A model generated the notes under the pieces. That model had not been told where the DNA came from. It searched no databases and worked only from the letters and a program-made list of their open reading frames with translations. This document shows, piece by piece, positions 46,566 to 55,186 of a stretch of DNA of 55,658 bases (its first letter is position 1; each line of letters starts with the position of its first letter). The stretch is from an uncultured Anaerolineae bacterium (lineage in GTDB: Bacteria > Chloroflexota > Anaerolineae > SpSt-600): contig CAZZMI010000002.1 in NCBI GenBank assembly GCA_964655275.1, positions 1 through 55,658 on the forward strand, written 5' to 3'. The position numbers were made by a program, and so were the translations under genes.

Positions 46566-48100
46566 GGTTCATATCCCTTAAGGCTGATCCCATCCAGGTT
46601 AAGGTCTACTTCACGCTGGGCAGTACCCCACTTCTTCCAGAGCCGGATGAAAATTGTAACGCGGGAGGAAGGAGCTTTGAAGGAGATAGTGTAGCGAGTA
46701 AATTTGCCAGGATAAAGTCTGGAGTAAACCCTGGGGATAGGGATATATGTCCAGTTAGTGACTGCTTTCCAATCAGTGCCTCCTGCGGGGTCATAACCCC
46801 ACTGCACCACATAGCTGTAAGGGTCCTCAGCTCCAGCTATGACCGGGTCACCTTCGGCAGCGCGAAGGAGAGCAGCCAGGCTGAATTCATAGATGGCGCC
46901 CGGGGTCAGGCCGTCCACCACCTGGTAAATTCCGGCGTAGCGATCGGGATCGGAAGCAGCCCGACAGTAGGTATTTATCTCAATAAGCTGAGAGTGACGG
47001 CCATCCCATACTACAGGGAACCAGGTGTCGTCATACCAGCCATAGGTAGCATTACCACCGTTATCAAACTTATGCCACCCGAGACCTACCCCGTCGGGGC
47101 CGAACCCTCCTTCAAAGCTACCATTGAGGATGAACTCCTTCCATTCCCCGACCATGACGTTAACAGAGACAGTGGAGACTTTCCCGCTCATGTCTCTGGC
47201 TTCAGCTTTCAGGGTGTGAGGTCCTGGGGTTACAGGGGTCCAGAGGAATTCCCTTTCAAAAGCCAGGGGGCCAACGGTGAAGGAAATGCTACCTACCAGG
47301 TGGGTGCCATCATAGAGTTTAATGGCTGCTATGCCAACATCGTTGGAGGCAGTAACCCTGACGGGCCAGGTTTTCCCAGCGGCGGGGTATGGCGGGACTG
47401 AAATGCTGACCTGGGGAACTTTAACATCAGCAGGGGCGGGCCCCAGAAGGCTTATCCCATCAAGGTTAACGTCCACTTCCCTGCCAGCTGTGCCCCACTT
47501 TTTCCAAACCCGGATGAAAATGGTGATTTTGGGCGAAGGAGCCACAAAATTAGTGACGTACTCCAGGAATTCTCCTGGAGATGTTCTGGGATAAACGACA
47601 TCCCACGGTAGCTCAACCCAGTTAGTAACGGCTTTCCAGTCGGTCCCACCCGTGGGGTCAAAGCCCCACTGGACCCTGTAACTATATGGATCCTCCTGAC
47701 CGGTAATTACGGGATCTCCTTCCTGGGCCCTTATCATTCCCCGGATTTTGAGGGTATAAGTTGCCCCCTGGACTACCGCCACCGTCTGGTAAATTCCGGC
47801 GTAGCGGTCGGGGTCGGAGGCACCCCGGCAGTGGGTGTTTATCTCAATAAGCTGGGAGTGATGGCCATCCCATACCACCGGAGGCCAGGTGTCATCGTAC
47901 CAGCCGTAGGTAGCATTGCCTCCGTTGTCAAACTTATACCAACCAAGGCCTACTCCATCGGGACCAAAACCCTCTTCAAAGCTCCCGTTGGTTATCCTCT
48001 CGGAAAGGGAGGAGGCGAAAGGCAATTTGGGGAAAATCAGGAAAACCAACAGGCCTAAGAGGGCTGAGCCGAGTAAAACCAGAGAAATTTTGCTTTTCAT
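46562..48100 (-). CDS. Secreted protein with two paralogous CBM/galactose-binding-like modules flanking an Ig-like domain
   Basis: 512-aa ORF with a signal peptide. Modules at aa 36-219 and aa 324-509 both begin 'I(T/L)NGSFE.GFGPDGVGLGW.KFDNGGNATYGWYDDTW'. Confidence 0.7.
   Translation of the reverse strand: MKSKISLVLLGSALLGLLVFLIFPKLPFASSLSERITNGSFEEGFGPDGVGLGWYKFDNGGNATYGWYDDTWPPVVWDGHHSQLIEINTHCRGASDPDRYAGIYQTVAVVQGATYTLKIRGMIRAQEGDPVITGQEDPYSYRVQWGFDPTGGTDWKAVTNWVELPWDVVYPRTSPGEFLEYVTNFVAPSPKITIFIRVWKKWGTAGREVDVNLDGISLLGPAPADVKVPQVSISVPPYPAAGKTWPVRVTASNDVGIAAIKLYDGTHLVGSISFTVGPLAFEREFLWTPVTPGPHTLKAEARDMSGKVSTVSVNVMVGEWKEFILNGSFEGGFGPDGVGLGWHKFDNGGNATYGWYDDTWFPVVWDGRHSQLIEINTYCRAASDPDRYAGIYQVVDGLTPGAIYEFSLAALLRAAEGDPVIAGAEDPYSYVVQWGYDPAGGTDWKAVTNWTYIPIPRVYSRLYPGKFTRYTISFKAPSSRVTIFIRLWKKWGTAQREVDLNLDGISLKGYEP
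46574..47131 (-). repeat. Intragenic duplication, copy 2
   Basis: See copy 1. Confidence 0.75.
47444..47995 (-). repeat. Intragenic duplication, copy 1 (paralogous to 46574-47131)
   Basis: 864-nt offset. Roughly 75-80% nucleotide identity by eye in the best-conserved stretches. Confidence 0.75.
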
Positions 48101-48327
48101 AGCAAGTGTCTCCTCTTATGCCTTCTTTAAAATTTATTGCTTGACCTTAAGGCTGTATCTCTTTGCGTGGCTTTTTAAGCGCTGAAATTAGCCGTGGCGG
48201 AAGAAAAAACCACGCCAAGTTTGATGCATCAATTTTATTTTAACATGAGCAGACCAAATTAGCAAGGAAATGGTTGCAAGCCCTCTGGCTCCCCCTTTTC
48301 CTCACCTTCAGCTAAGTAAGGAGATGG

Positions 48328-48357
48328 TTGTCCCACCTTTTAAATTTGGTGTATAAT
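48328..48357 (+). promoter_or_regulatory. Sigma70-type promoter for the tsaE-tsaB-rimI-udg operon
   Basis: TTGTCC (48328-48333), 18-nt spacer, TATAAT (48352-48357), 19 nt before the ATG at 48377. Confidence 0.45.
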
Positions 48358-48376
48358 TACCCTCTGAGGGGGGAGT

Positions 48377-48895
48377 ATGAGCCCGGTCCTTAAGGGTCCT
48401 GCTATTTCTTTTGTAAGCCGGAGTGAGGAGCAAACAATGCGCCTGGGGATAAGGCTGGGGAAACTTCTCCAGGCTGGAGATATTATCTGCTTGGAAGGCC
48501 CTCTGGGAAGCGGGAAAACCTGTTTCGCCAAGGGGATAGGAATCGGGATGGGGGTGGAAGAGCTTATAACAAGCCCTTCCTTTATTCTCATAAACGAATA
48601 CAAAACCCCTTCAGGCCTTATCCTCTATCACGTTGACTTCTATCGCCTGAATGGGCCGGAGGAAGCCCTGGCCATAGGGATAGAGGAAAAGTTTTACGGT
48701 GATGGGGTGTGCGTCGTAGAATGGGCTGACAAAGCTAAAGAAATAATCCCTCCTGAAAGGCTCTGGATAACCTTCAGCCATCTTGACACCCATCAAAGAG
48801 GTATCCTTATGGAGCCCAGTGGTAAAAGGTATGTCCAGCTTTTGGAAGCCTTTAAAGAATCGGCTTTTGGCTTGAAGCATGCTGCTGGCTATTGA
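48377..48895 (+). CDS. tsaE: tRNA t6A37 biosynthesis ATPase TsaE
   Basis: 'GPLGSGKT' P-loop, 'SPSFILINEY' and 'HVDFYRL' motifs. Confidence 0.85.
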   Translation: MSPVLKGPAISFVSRSEEQTMRLGIRLGKLLQAGDIICLEGPLGSGKTCFAKGIGIGMGVEELITSPSFILINEYKTPSGLILYHVDFYRLNGPEEALAIGIEEKFYGDGVCVVEWADKAKEIIPPERLWITFSHLDTHQRGILMEPSGKRYVQLLEAFKESAFGLKHAAGY

Positions 48896-49538
48896 CACAT
48901 CCACAAAATTTTCCAGCATTGCTTTGTTTGATGGGGAAAAGCTCCTGGCAGAGGAAAGCTGGCTTTCGCGAGAAAGCCACACCCTCCAGCTTATGCCCAG
49001 GATTGTAAGGATGATGGAAACGCAAGGATTGAAACCTGTGAATCTTAAAGCCGTCGGAGTAGCATTAGGGCCTGGTTCTTTCACAGGGCTCAGGATAGGG
49101 ATGGCTGTGGCTAAAGGGATAGCTTTATCCCTCAAAATTGACCTGATTGGAATTCCAACGCTGGATTTCCTGGCATATCCTCTATCCTATCAGCTCCTGC
49201 CAGTGTGGAGTATCTTGGAAGCAGGGCGTGGCAGGATATACACTGCCGGTTACAAGAAGGTCGGCAAGCAGTGGAAGAGGTTTACAGATTACATGGCCCT
49301 GGCCTGGGAAGATCTTCCATCCAAAGTAAATGGTGAACGATTCATCTTCTGCGGGGAGATTGACCAATACGGTCGGGATTTCATAGAGAGGACTTTTGGG
49401 AAAAAAGCCAAAGTAGCTGATCCTGCTTTTTCCCTCAGGAGGGCAGGCTTCCTGGCCCAGATGGCTTATAAGCTTTGGCTATCTTCCTATAAAGATGACC
49501 CCGCCTCCCTTTCGCCTATTTATCTTAAAGGTGTATAA
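48879..49538 (+). CDS. tsaB: tRNA t6A37 biosynthesis protein TsaB
   Basis: 'MLLAIDTST..SSIAL' N-terminus and 'GPGSFTGLRIG' motif. Confidence 0.85.
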   Translation: MLLAIDTSTKFSSIALFDGEKLLAEESWLSRESHTLQLMPRIVRMMETQGLKPVNLKAVGVALGPGSFTGLRIGMAVAKGIALSLKIDLIGIPTLDFLAYPLSYQLLPVWSILEAGRGRIYTAGYKKVGKQWKRFTDYMALAWEDLPSKVNGERFIFCGEIDQYGRDFIERTFGKKAKVADPAFSLRRAGFLAQMAYKLWLSSYKDDPASLSPIYLKGV

Positions 49539-49541
49539 GAT

Positions 49542-50102
49542 ATGCTTAGCTCCTTTGTGGTCAGGCCCATGACTTTGGATGATTTACCCGAAGTTATGGA
49601 AATTGAGAAGGTAAGCTTCAAGATGCCCTGGACCCCATCAGCCTATCAATATGAGCTTACCCGCAATGACCGCGGTTTTTACCTGGTAGTAAGGCTCAAA
49701 GCTGAAAAGGGCGAAGGGCCACTTATAGCTTACGGAGGCTTCTGGTTCATGTTAGGTGAAGCCCACATATGCACCCTGGCAGTGAGGCCCGACTGGAGAG
49801 GGAAAGGCATTGGTGAGCTTATCTTTTATTCCCTCATGGATTTAGCCCTGCGCCTTGGGGCAGAGCTCGCCACTTTAGAGGTAAGGGTTTCCAACAAGCC
49901 TGCCCAAAATTTATACCGGAAGTATGGATTTGAGGTGATAGGAAGGCGCAAAGGTTACTACTCCGATGGAGAAGATGCCCTTATCATGACAGCTTTTGAC
50001 ATTAATACCCCTGAATATCGCTTAGTTCTGGCTAAAAACAGGGAAAAACTGGAGGAAAAACTGAAGGGGGTTAACCATGGGAGAACTGGAAAGCCTTTAT
50101 GA
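49542..50102 (+). CDS. rimI: Ribosomal-protein-alanine N-acetyltransferase (GNAT)
   Basis: The GNAT motif 'VRPDWRGKGIG' and 'LEVRVSNKPAQNLYRKYGF', in the canonical position after tsaB. Confidence 0.8.
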   Translation: MLSSFVVRPMTLDDLPEVMEIEKVSFKMPWTPSAYQYELTRNDRGFYLVVRLKAEKGEGPLIAYGGFWFMLGEAHICTLAVRPDWRGKGIGELIFYSLMDLALRLGAELATLEVRVSNKPAQNLYRKYGFEVIGRRKGYYSDGEDALIMTAFDINTPEYRLVLAKNREKLEEKLKGVNHGRTGKPL

Positions 50103-50676
50103 AGAGATAAAGAGGTGCACTAAATGCAGGCTTCACCAGAGCCGAACCAAGGCAGTTCCGGGAGAAGGGCCTGAGAATGCCCGCATAATGTTTATAGGGG
50201 AAGCACCTGGCTTCCATGAGGACCGTCAGGGGAGGCCCTTTGTGGGGGCAGCGGGGCAATTCCTTGACGAACTTTTAGCCAGTATAGGGCTAAAACGGGA
50301 GGAGGTCTACATTTGCAACGTTATTAAATGCCGGCCTCCCGGCAACCGTGACCCCCTTAAGGATGAGATAGAGGCATGCGAACCATACCTTGACCGTCAG
50401 CTGGAGATTGTAAAGCCGAGGCTTGTGGTAACCCTTGGGCGATATTCCCTGGCCAAGTTTCTCCCAAAAGCGTCTATAACTAAGGTGCGCGGTCAGCCCA
50501 TAAAAGTGGGTAAAATAATTTGTTACCCCGTCCTCCACCCTGCTGCTGCTCTGCACCAGCCCAAATGGCGTGAGACTCTGGAGGAGGACTTTAAGCGCAT
50601 CCCGCAAATCCTGGAAGAGCTGGACCGGCTGGAAATAGAGAACGAAAGCAAAGCCAGACAGCTTAGCCTATTTTAG
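50077..50676 (+). CDS. Uracil-DNA glycosylase, family 4
   Basis: 'CTKCRL', 'GEAPGFHEDRQGRPFVGAAG' and 'CNVIKCRPP' motifs, and a C-terminal 'HPAA' motif. Confidence 0.85.
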   Translation: MGELESLYEEIKRCTKCRLHQSRTKAVPGEGPENARIMFIGEAPGFHEDRQGRPFVGAAGQFLDELLASIGLKREEVYICNVIKCRPPGNRDPLKDEIEACEPYLDRQLEIVKPRLVVTLGRYSLAKFLPKASITKVRGQPIKVGKIICYPVLHPAAALHQPKWRETLEEDFKRIPQILEELDRLEIENESKARQLSLF

Positions 50677-50750
50677 GCAAAGGCTTCAGCATCCTGCCGG
50701 ACGACATTGTTTTTTTCCAACTTTGCTTTGCCGGGGCTAAATTTTAAGCC

Positions 50751-50780
50751 TTGTCTTGCTTATACTTTTTGTGGTAAACT
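50751..50780 (+). promoter_or_regulatory. Possible trpS promoter
   Basis: TTGTCT (50751-50756), 18-nt spacer, TGg-extended TAAACT (50775-50780). GGAGGAGG precedes the ATG at 50809. Confidence 0.35.
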
Positions 50781-50808
50781 TAAGCCAAAAAAGTGGAGGA
50801 GGGGCAGG

Positions 50809-51786
50809 ATGGGTAAAAGAGTATTTAGCGGTGCACGCCCTACGGGAAAACAGCATTTGGGCAATTTTCTCGGAGCCATCAGGAATTATGTAGCCCTTCA
50901 GGAGCAAGGCTATGAAACGATATACTGCGTTGTGGATCTTCATGCTATGACTACCTCTTTTGAAAACTTGCGGGAACTTACAGCAGAGATGGTGTTGGAT
51001 TGGTTAGCGGCAGGGGTTGATCCTCAAAAGTCCATAATCTTCGTTCAGTCTAATGTTCCAGAGGTTATAGAGCTTGCCTGGTATTTCTCCACAATAACTC
51101 CTCTGGGATGGCTCCTTCGCCTTCCAACCTTCAAAGAGAAAGTGCGGGCTCAGCCGGATAATGTAAACTATGGCCTCGTGGGTTACCCCGTCCTTATGGC
51201 TGCCGATATAACTTTATACAAAGCCGAAATTGTGCCTGTTGGTGTGGATCAGGCTCCTCATCTGGAGTTCACCAGGGAGGTGGTGCGGCGCTTCAATCAC
51301 TTTTTTGGGCCAGTGCTGGTGGAACCCCAGGCCCTTTATACTGATTTCCCCAAAGTTCTGGGCATTGATGGAGTCAATAAGATGAGCAAATCCCTCAACA
51401 ATCACATAGAAATTTCCGCCTCCCCCGAAGAAATCCACCAGAGGGTTATGATGATGGTAACGGATCCCCAGCGTACTCATCGCCACATTCCTGGTCGCCC
51501 TGAGGTCTGCAATGTTTTCTCCTTCCACAAGTTCTTCTCCCCGGGAGATGTGGAAAGGATAGACGTAGAGTGCCGGAGGGCAGGAATCGGCTGTGTTGAT
51601 TGTAAGAAAATCCTTGCTCGTAACATAAGTGATTATTTTGCTCCCTTCCGGGAAAAGCGTAGGGAATTTTCTTCTGATCCGGCTTATGTCTGGGATGTGC
51701 TGGAAGATGGTCGGCGTAGAGCGAAAGCCATAGCGGAAAAGACCATGGCGGAGGTAAGGGAGGCTATCTATAGCAAGAAGCCATAA
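50809..51786 (+). CDS. trpS: Tryptophan--tRNA ligase
   Basis: In-frame ATG at 50809 with an SD, within ORF 50707-51786. 'SGARPTGKQHLGN' (HIGH-type) and 'KMSKS' motifs. Confidence 0.9.
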   Translation: MGKRVFSGARPTGKQHLGNFLGAIRNYVALQEQGYETIYCVVDLHAMTTSFENLRELTAEMVLDWLAAGVDPQKSIIFVQSNVPEVIELAWYFSTITPLGWLLRLPTFKEKVRAQPDNVNYGLVGYPVLMAADITLYKAEIVPVGVDQAPHLEFTREVVRRFNHFFGPVLVEPQALYTDFPKVLGIDGVNKMSKSLNNHIEISASPEEIHQRVMMMVTDPQRTHRHIPGRPEVCNVFSFHKFFSPGDVERIDVECRRAGIGCVDCKKILARNISDYFAPFREKRREFSSDPAYVWDVLEDGRRRAKAIAEKTMAEVREAIYSKKP

Positions 51787-51799
51787 GGAGGTTGAGGCC

Positions 51800-53314
51800 A
51801 TGACTACAGACCCCGCTGTCAGGATGGTCAACATTGTCAAAAGATTCCCGGGGGTGGTAGCTAACGATCACATCACTTTTGAAGCGGCGCGGGGTGAAAT
51901 ACATGCCCTTTTAGGTGAGAACGGAGCAGGTAAAACAACTCTGATGAACATCCTCTACGGGATATACCAGGCTGATGAAGGTGAAATTTACGTAAATGGC
52001 CGCAGGGTCCATATCCATTCTCCGCGGGATGCCATAAACCTGGGCATAGGCATGGTCCATCAACATTTCCACCTTATTCCCTCTCACACCGTTGGAGAAA
52101 ATATAGTTTTAGGATTGCCCGGCAATTTCTTCTTTCCATTGGAGAGGGCCAGGAAAGATATTGAGAGGATGCTGGAGCAGTATGGCCTTAAAGTGGATAT
52201 AGATGCTTACGTCTGGCAACTTTCGGCTGGGGAAAAACAGAGGGTGGAGATAGCTAAGGCCCTTTACCGGAATGCCCGGATTTTAATCTTGGATGAGCCC
52301 ACTACTATGCTTACTCCCGCTGAAACTGAAGAGCTCTTTGCTGCGCTGAAGCACATGGCTGGAGAAGGAAGGACCATCATTTTTATAACCCACAAGCTTA
52401 AAGAAGTAATTGAAGTGAGCGATCGGGTCACGGTGCTCCGGAAGGGGAAAGTTGTTGGAACGGCCAGGACTTCTGAGGTTACTATCTCAAAGCTGGCGGA
52501 GATGATGGTGGGAGAACAAACTTTGTGTGAGACAACTTTGCCTCCTAAGGAAAAAGGTCAGGTAGTCTTAGAGGTAAAAGAACTATGTGCCTTAAACGAT
52601 AAAGGGCTTCCTGCTCTCAAGAAAATATCCTTTTCCATCCGTGAGGGGGAGATCTTTGGAATCGCAGGGGTAGCAGGTAATGGTCAGAAGGAGCTGGTGG
52701 AAGTGATAACAGGTTTGCGGAAAGCTACATCGGGCCAGGTTTTGCTGGACGGCAAGGATGTGACGAATCTTCCCCCGAGGGAGATCGCGGACTTAGGCGT
52801 AGCTCATGTCCCGGAGGAAAGGATAAACATGGGACTTGCTCCCGGCATGAGTGTCTTGGATAACCTGCTTCTCAAGCTTTACCGCCATCCTCTCTTCTGC
52901 CGCGGTTTCATAATTGATTACCGGAAAGCCGTAGAGTTTGCGGAAAACAAGATAAATGAGTTTGAAATCATTACTCCCAGCAAAAACACTCCTGCCAAAT
53001 TCCTTTCGGGGGGGAACATCCAGCGCCTCATTTTAGCCCGGGAAACCTCTGGCAGCCCCAGGCTCATTGTGGCTGCTCACCCCACTTATGGTCTGGACAT
53101 AAAGGCTACGGATTATGTCCGACGCCAGCTTATTGAACAGCGTAACCGCGGAGCCGCCATTTTGCTGATCTCGGAGGACCTTGAAGAAATAATGTGTATG
53201 AGCGACCGGATAGCAGTAATGTTTGAAGGCCAGCTTATGGGCTTGATGGACGCACAGGAAGCTGATATTAAAAAGATCGGGCTTATGATGGCAGGTGTAA
53301 AACCGGGGACATGA
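51800..53314 (+). CDS. ABC transporter ATP-binding protein with duplicated ATPase domains (sugar/nucleoside CUT2-like)
   Basis: 504-aa ORF. First Walker A 'GENGAGKTT' and signature 'LSAGEKQR'. Second domain has 'GVAGNGQKE' and 'LSGGNIQR'. Confidence 0.85.
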   Translation: MTTDPAVRMVNIVKRFPGVVANDHITFEAARGEIHALLGENGAGKTTLMNILYGIYQADEGEIYVNGRRVHIHSPRDAINLGIGMVHQHFHLIPSHTVGENIVLGLPGNFFFPLERARKDIERMLEQYGLKVDIDAYVWQLSAGEKQRVEIAKALYRNARILILDEPTTMLTPAETEELFAALKHMAGEGRTIIFITHKLKEVIEVSDRVTVLRKGKVVGTARTSEVTISKLAEMMVGEQTLCETTLPPKEKGQVVLEVKELCALNDKGLPALKKISFSIREGEIFGIAGVAGNGQKELVEVITGLRKATSGQVLLDGKDVTNLPPREIADLGVAHVPEERINMGLAPGMSVLDNLLLKLYRHPLFCRGFIIDYRKAVEFAENKINEFEIITPSKNTPAKFLSGGNIQRLILARETSGSPRLIVAAHPTYGLDIKATDYVRRQLIEQRNRGAAILLISEDLEEIMCMSDRIAVMFEGQLMGLMDAQEADIKKIGLMMAGVKPGT

Positions 53315-55152
53315 TAGAAGAACAGTTGAAGGAGATTCCATCGGGAACTGGCGTTTATATTTTCAAAGATTCACAAGGGCAGGTGCTCTACGTTGGCAAA
53401 GCTGTCAACCTGCGGAATCGTGTTCGTTCCTACTTCCAGCCCTCAAGTCATTCTAATATCAAGGTGCGCCTGTTAGCTGAAAGGGCGGCTTCAGTAGAGT
53501 TCATCTTAACCCGAAACGAAGTGGAGGCTTTAATCCTGGAATGCAACTTAATAAAAAGGTTTCGTCCTCCCTTCAATATCCGCTTTCGGGATGATAAGCA
53601 GTATCCATACATAAAAATTACGTGGCATGAACCTTTCCCCCGCATCCTCATTACCAGGAGGATGGAAAAAGATGGCTCCCTTTACTTTGGTCCTTATACT
53701 TCCACCTCAGCCCTTCACCAGACGATGGACCTAATCCGCAAGATTTTCCCTTATGCTACTTGCTCCGATCCTTCTCCGGGTAAAAGGATTCGCCCCTGCC
53801 TTTATTATGATATTGGCCGCTGTGTTGGCCCCTGCACCGGGGAAATTTCACCGGAAGAATACAGGGGTATAGTGGAGCAGATAATCCTCTTGCTGAAAGG
53901 GCGAACCGAAGAAATAATTGCTGAGCTCCGGAAGAAGATGGAGGAGGCGGTTTCTTCTCTCGCCTTTGAGAAGGCAGCAGTTATCCGGGACCAGATTTTC
54001 GCCTTGGAGAAGGTTTCCCAGCACCAGCGCGTTGTTTCCCCCTCTCTCCAGGACATGGATTTTATTGCCCACGTCCGGGGCGGGGAAGAGGCATGCGTTC
54101 AAGTTTTCTTCGTCAGGAATGGGAAGCTTGTGGGCAGGGAATATTTCATCCTGGAAGGGGCTGAGCTGGAAGAAGGGCAAACCCTTGGGGCATTTCTCAA
54201 GCAATTCTATGAGCGCGCTGCTTTTATCCCTCCTGAGATTGTGGTTTCTGAACATTTAGAAGAAGCTCCCATTATTGAAGAGTGGCTTCGTTCACGCCGG
54301 GGTGAAGCTGTGAAACTGAGGCTTCCGAAGGATGAGCTGGAAAAAGAGCTGCTGGAAATGGCTTTCCGGAACGCTGCAGAAATCCTGGAAAGCGTAAAAG
54401 AGAGCAGGGAGAGGGAGAAAAGGAGAGGGATGGATGCTTTGAAGGAGCTGGAGGAGGCTCTCGACCTGCCCAGATTCCCCGCTCGTATTGAGTGCTACGA
54501 TGTTTCCCATATTCAGGGCAAATGGGCCACAGGAAGTATGGTGGTTTTCGTCAATGGGCTACCCCGCAAGGGCTCTTATCGCCACTTCAGGATAAAAGAG
54601 GTGGAAGGGGTTGATGATTATGCAATGCTTAAGGAGGTGCTGGAAAGGCGCTTCCGGAGGTATCTGGAAACGAAAGAGAGCTCGCTTCGGTTAGCGGCCT
54701 CTGGTGAACCATGGCCTCACAGGCCAGATTTGGTCCTTGTGGATGGAGGGAAAGGGCAGCTTGGGGTTGCTCTTAAAGTTCTGGAGGAGCTGGGCATAGA
54801 AGAAATCCCGGTAGCAGCACTGGCAAAAAGAGAAGAAGAACTTTTTGTCCCCGGGCGGGAAGAGCCTATAAGGTTCCCACCGGGTTCTAAAGCTCTATCA
54901 CTGCTGCAGCGCATCCGGGATGAAGCTCATCGTTTCGCCATTTCTTACCACCACAAATTATCCCGGAAGGAGACCCTTGCGGCCTCCCTTGAGGCCATAC
55001 CGGGCATAGGGCCAAAGCGCCGCCGGGCTTTAATGGAGCGCTTCGGCTCCTTGGAAGCTCTCAGGAAAGCCGAAGTGGACGAGATCGCTTCTATACCCGG
55101 CATTACACGAAGCCTTGCCTTGAGAATTAAAGAATTCCTGCAAAGCTCTTAA
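53311..55152 (+). CDS. uvrC: Excinuclease ABC subunit C
   Basis: 613-aa ORF. GIY-YIG 'GVYIFKD..GQVLYVGKA', a UvrBC-interaction region, and a C-terminal (HhH)2 'IPGIGPKRRRAL'. Confidence 0.95.
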   Translation: MIEEQLKEIPSGTGVYIFKDSQGQVLYVGKAVNLRNRVRSYFQPSSHSNIKVRLLAERAASVEFILTRNEVEALILECNLIKRFRPPFNIRFRDDKQYPYIKITWHEPFPRILITRRMEKDGSLYFGPYTSTSALHQTMDLIRKIFPYATCSDPSPGKRIRPCLYYDIGRCVGPCTGEISPEEYRGIVEQIILLLKGRTEEIIAELRKKMEEAVSSLAFEKAAVIRDQIFALEKVSQHQRVVSPSLQDMDFIAHVRGGEEACVQVFFVRNGKLVGREYFILEGAELEEGQTLGAFLKQFYERAAFIPPEIVVSEHLEEAPIIEEWLRSRRGEAVKLRLPKDELEKELLEMAFRNAAEILESVKESREREKRRGMDALKELEEALDLPRFPARIECYDVSHIQGKWATGSMVVFVNGLPRKGSYRHFRIKEVEGVDDYAMLKEVLERRFRRYLETKESSLRLAASGEPWPHRPDLVLVDGGKGQLGVALKVLEELGIEEIPVAALAKREEELFVPGREEPIRFPPGSKALSLLQRIRDEAHRFAISYHHKLSRKETLAASLEAIPGIGPKRRRALMERFGSLEALRKAEVDEIASIPGITRSLALRIKEFLQSS

Positions 55153-55186
55153 ATTTTGGGAAGCAGTCGTCCTTAGGAGGTAAATT

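Noticed and set aside
46574-47995. The two paralogous segments as a diversity-generating retroelement TR/VR pair.
   Set aside because: There is no reverse transcriptase gene nearby. The mismatches between copies are of all types rather than adenine-specific. Both copies are in-frame parts of one protein.
50679-50720. An imperfect hairpin plus T7 run after the UDG gene as an intrinsic terminator.
   Set aside because: The stem is only 4+2 bp with a bulge, and the T run starts about 11 nt after the stem. This is too weak to call.
50677-50808. A T-box leader upstream of trpS.
   Set aside because: Only 132 nt are available, and no T-box core (AGGGTGGTACCGCG-like) or terminator/antiterminator pair is visible.
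51214-51840. A 208-aa minus-strand ORF.
   Set aside because: It is antisense to trpS, whose HIGH and KMSKS motifs fix the real frame.
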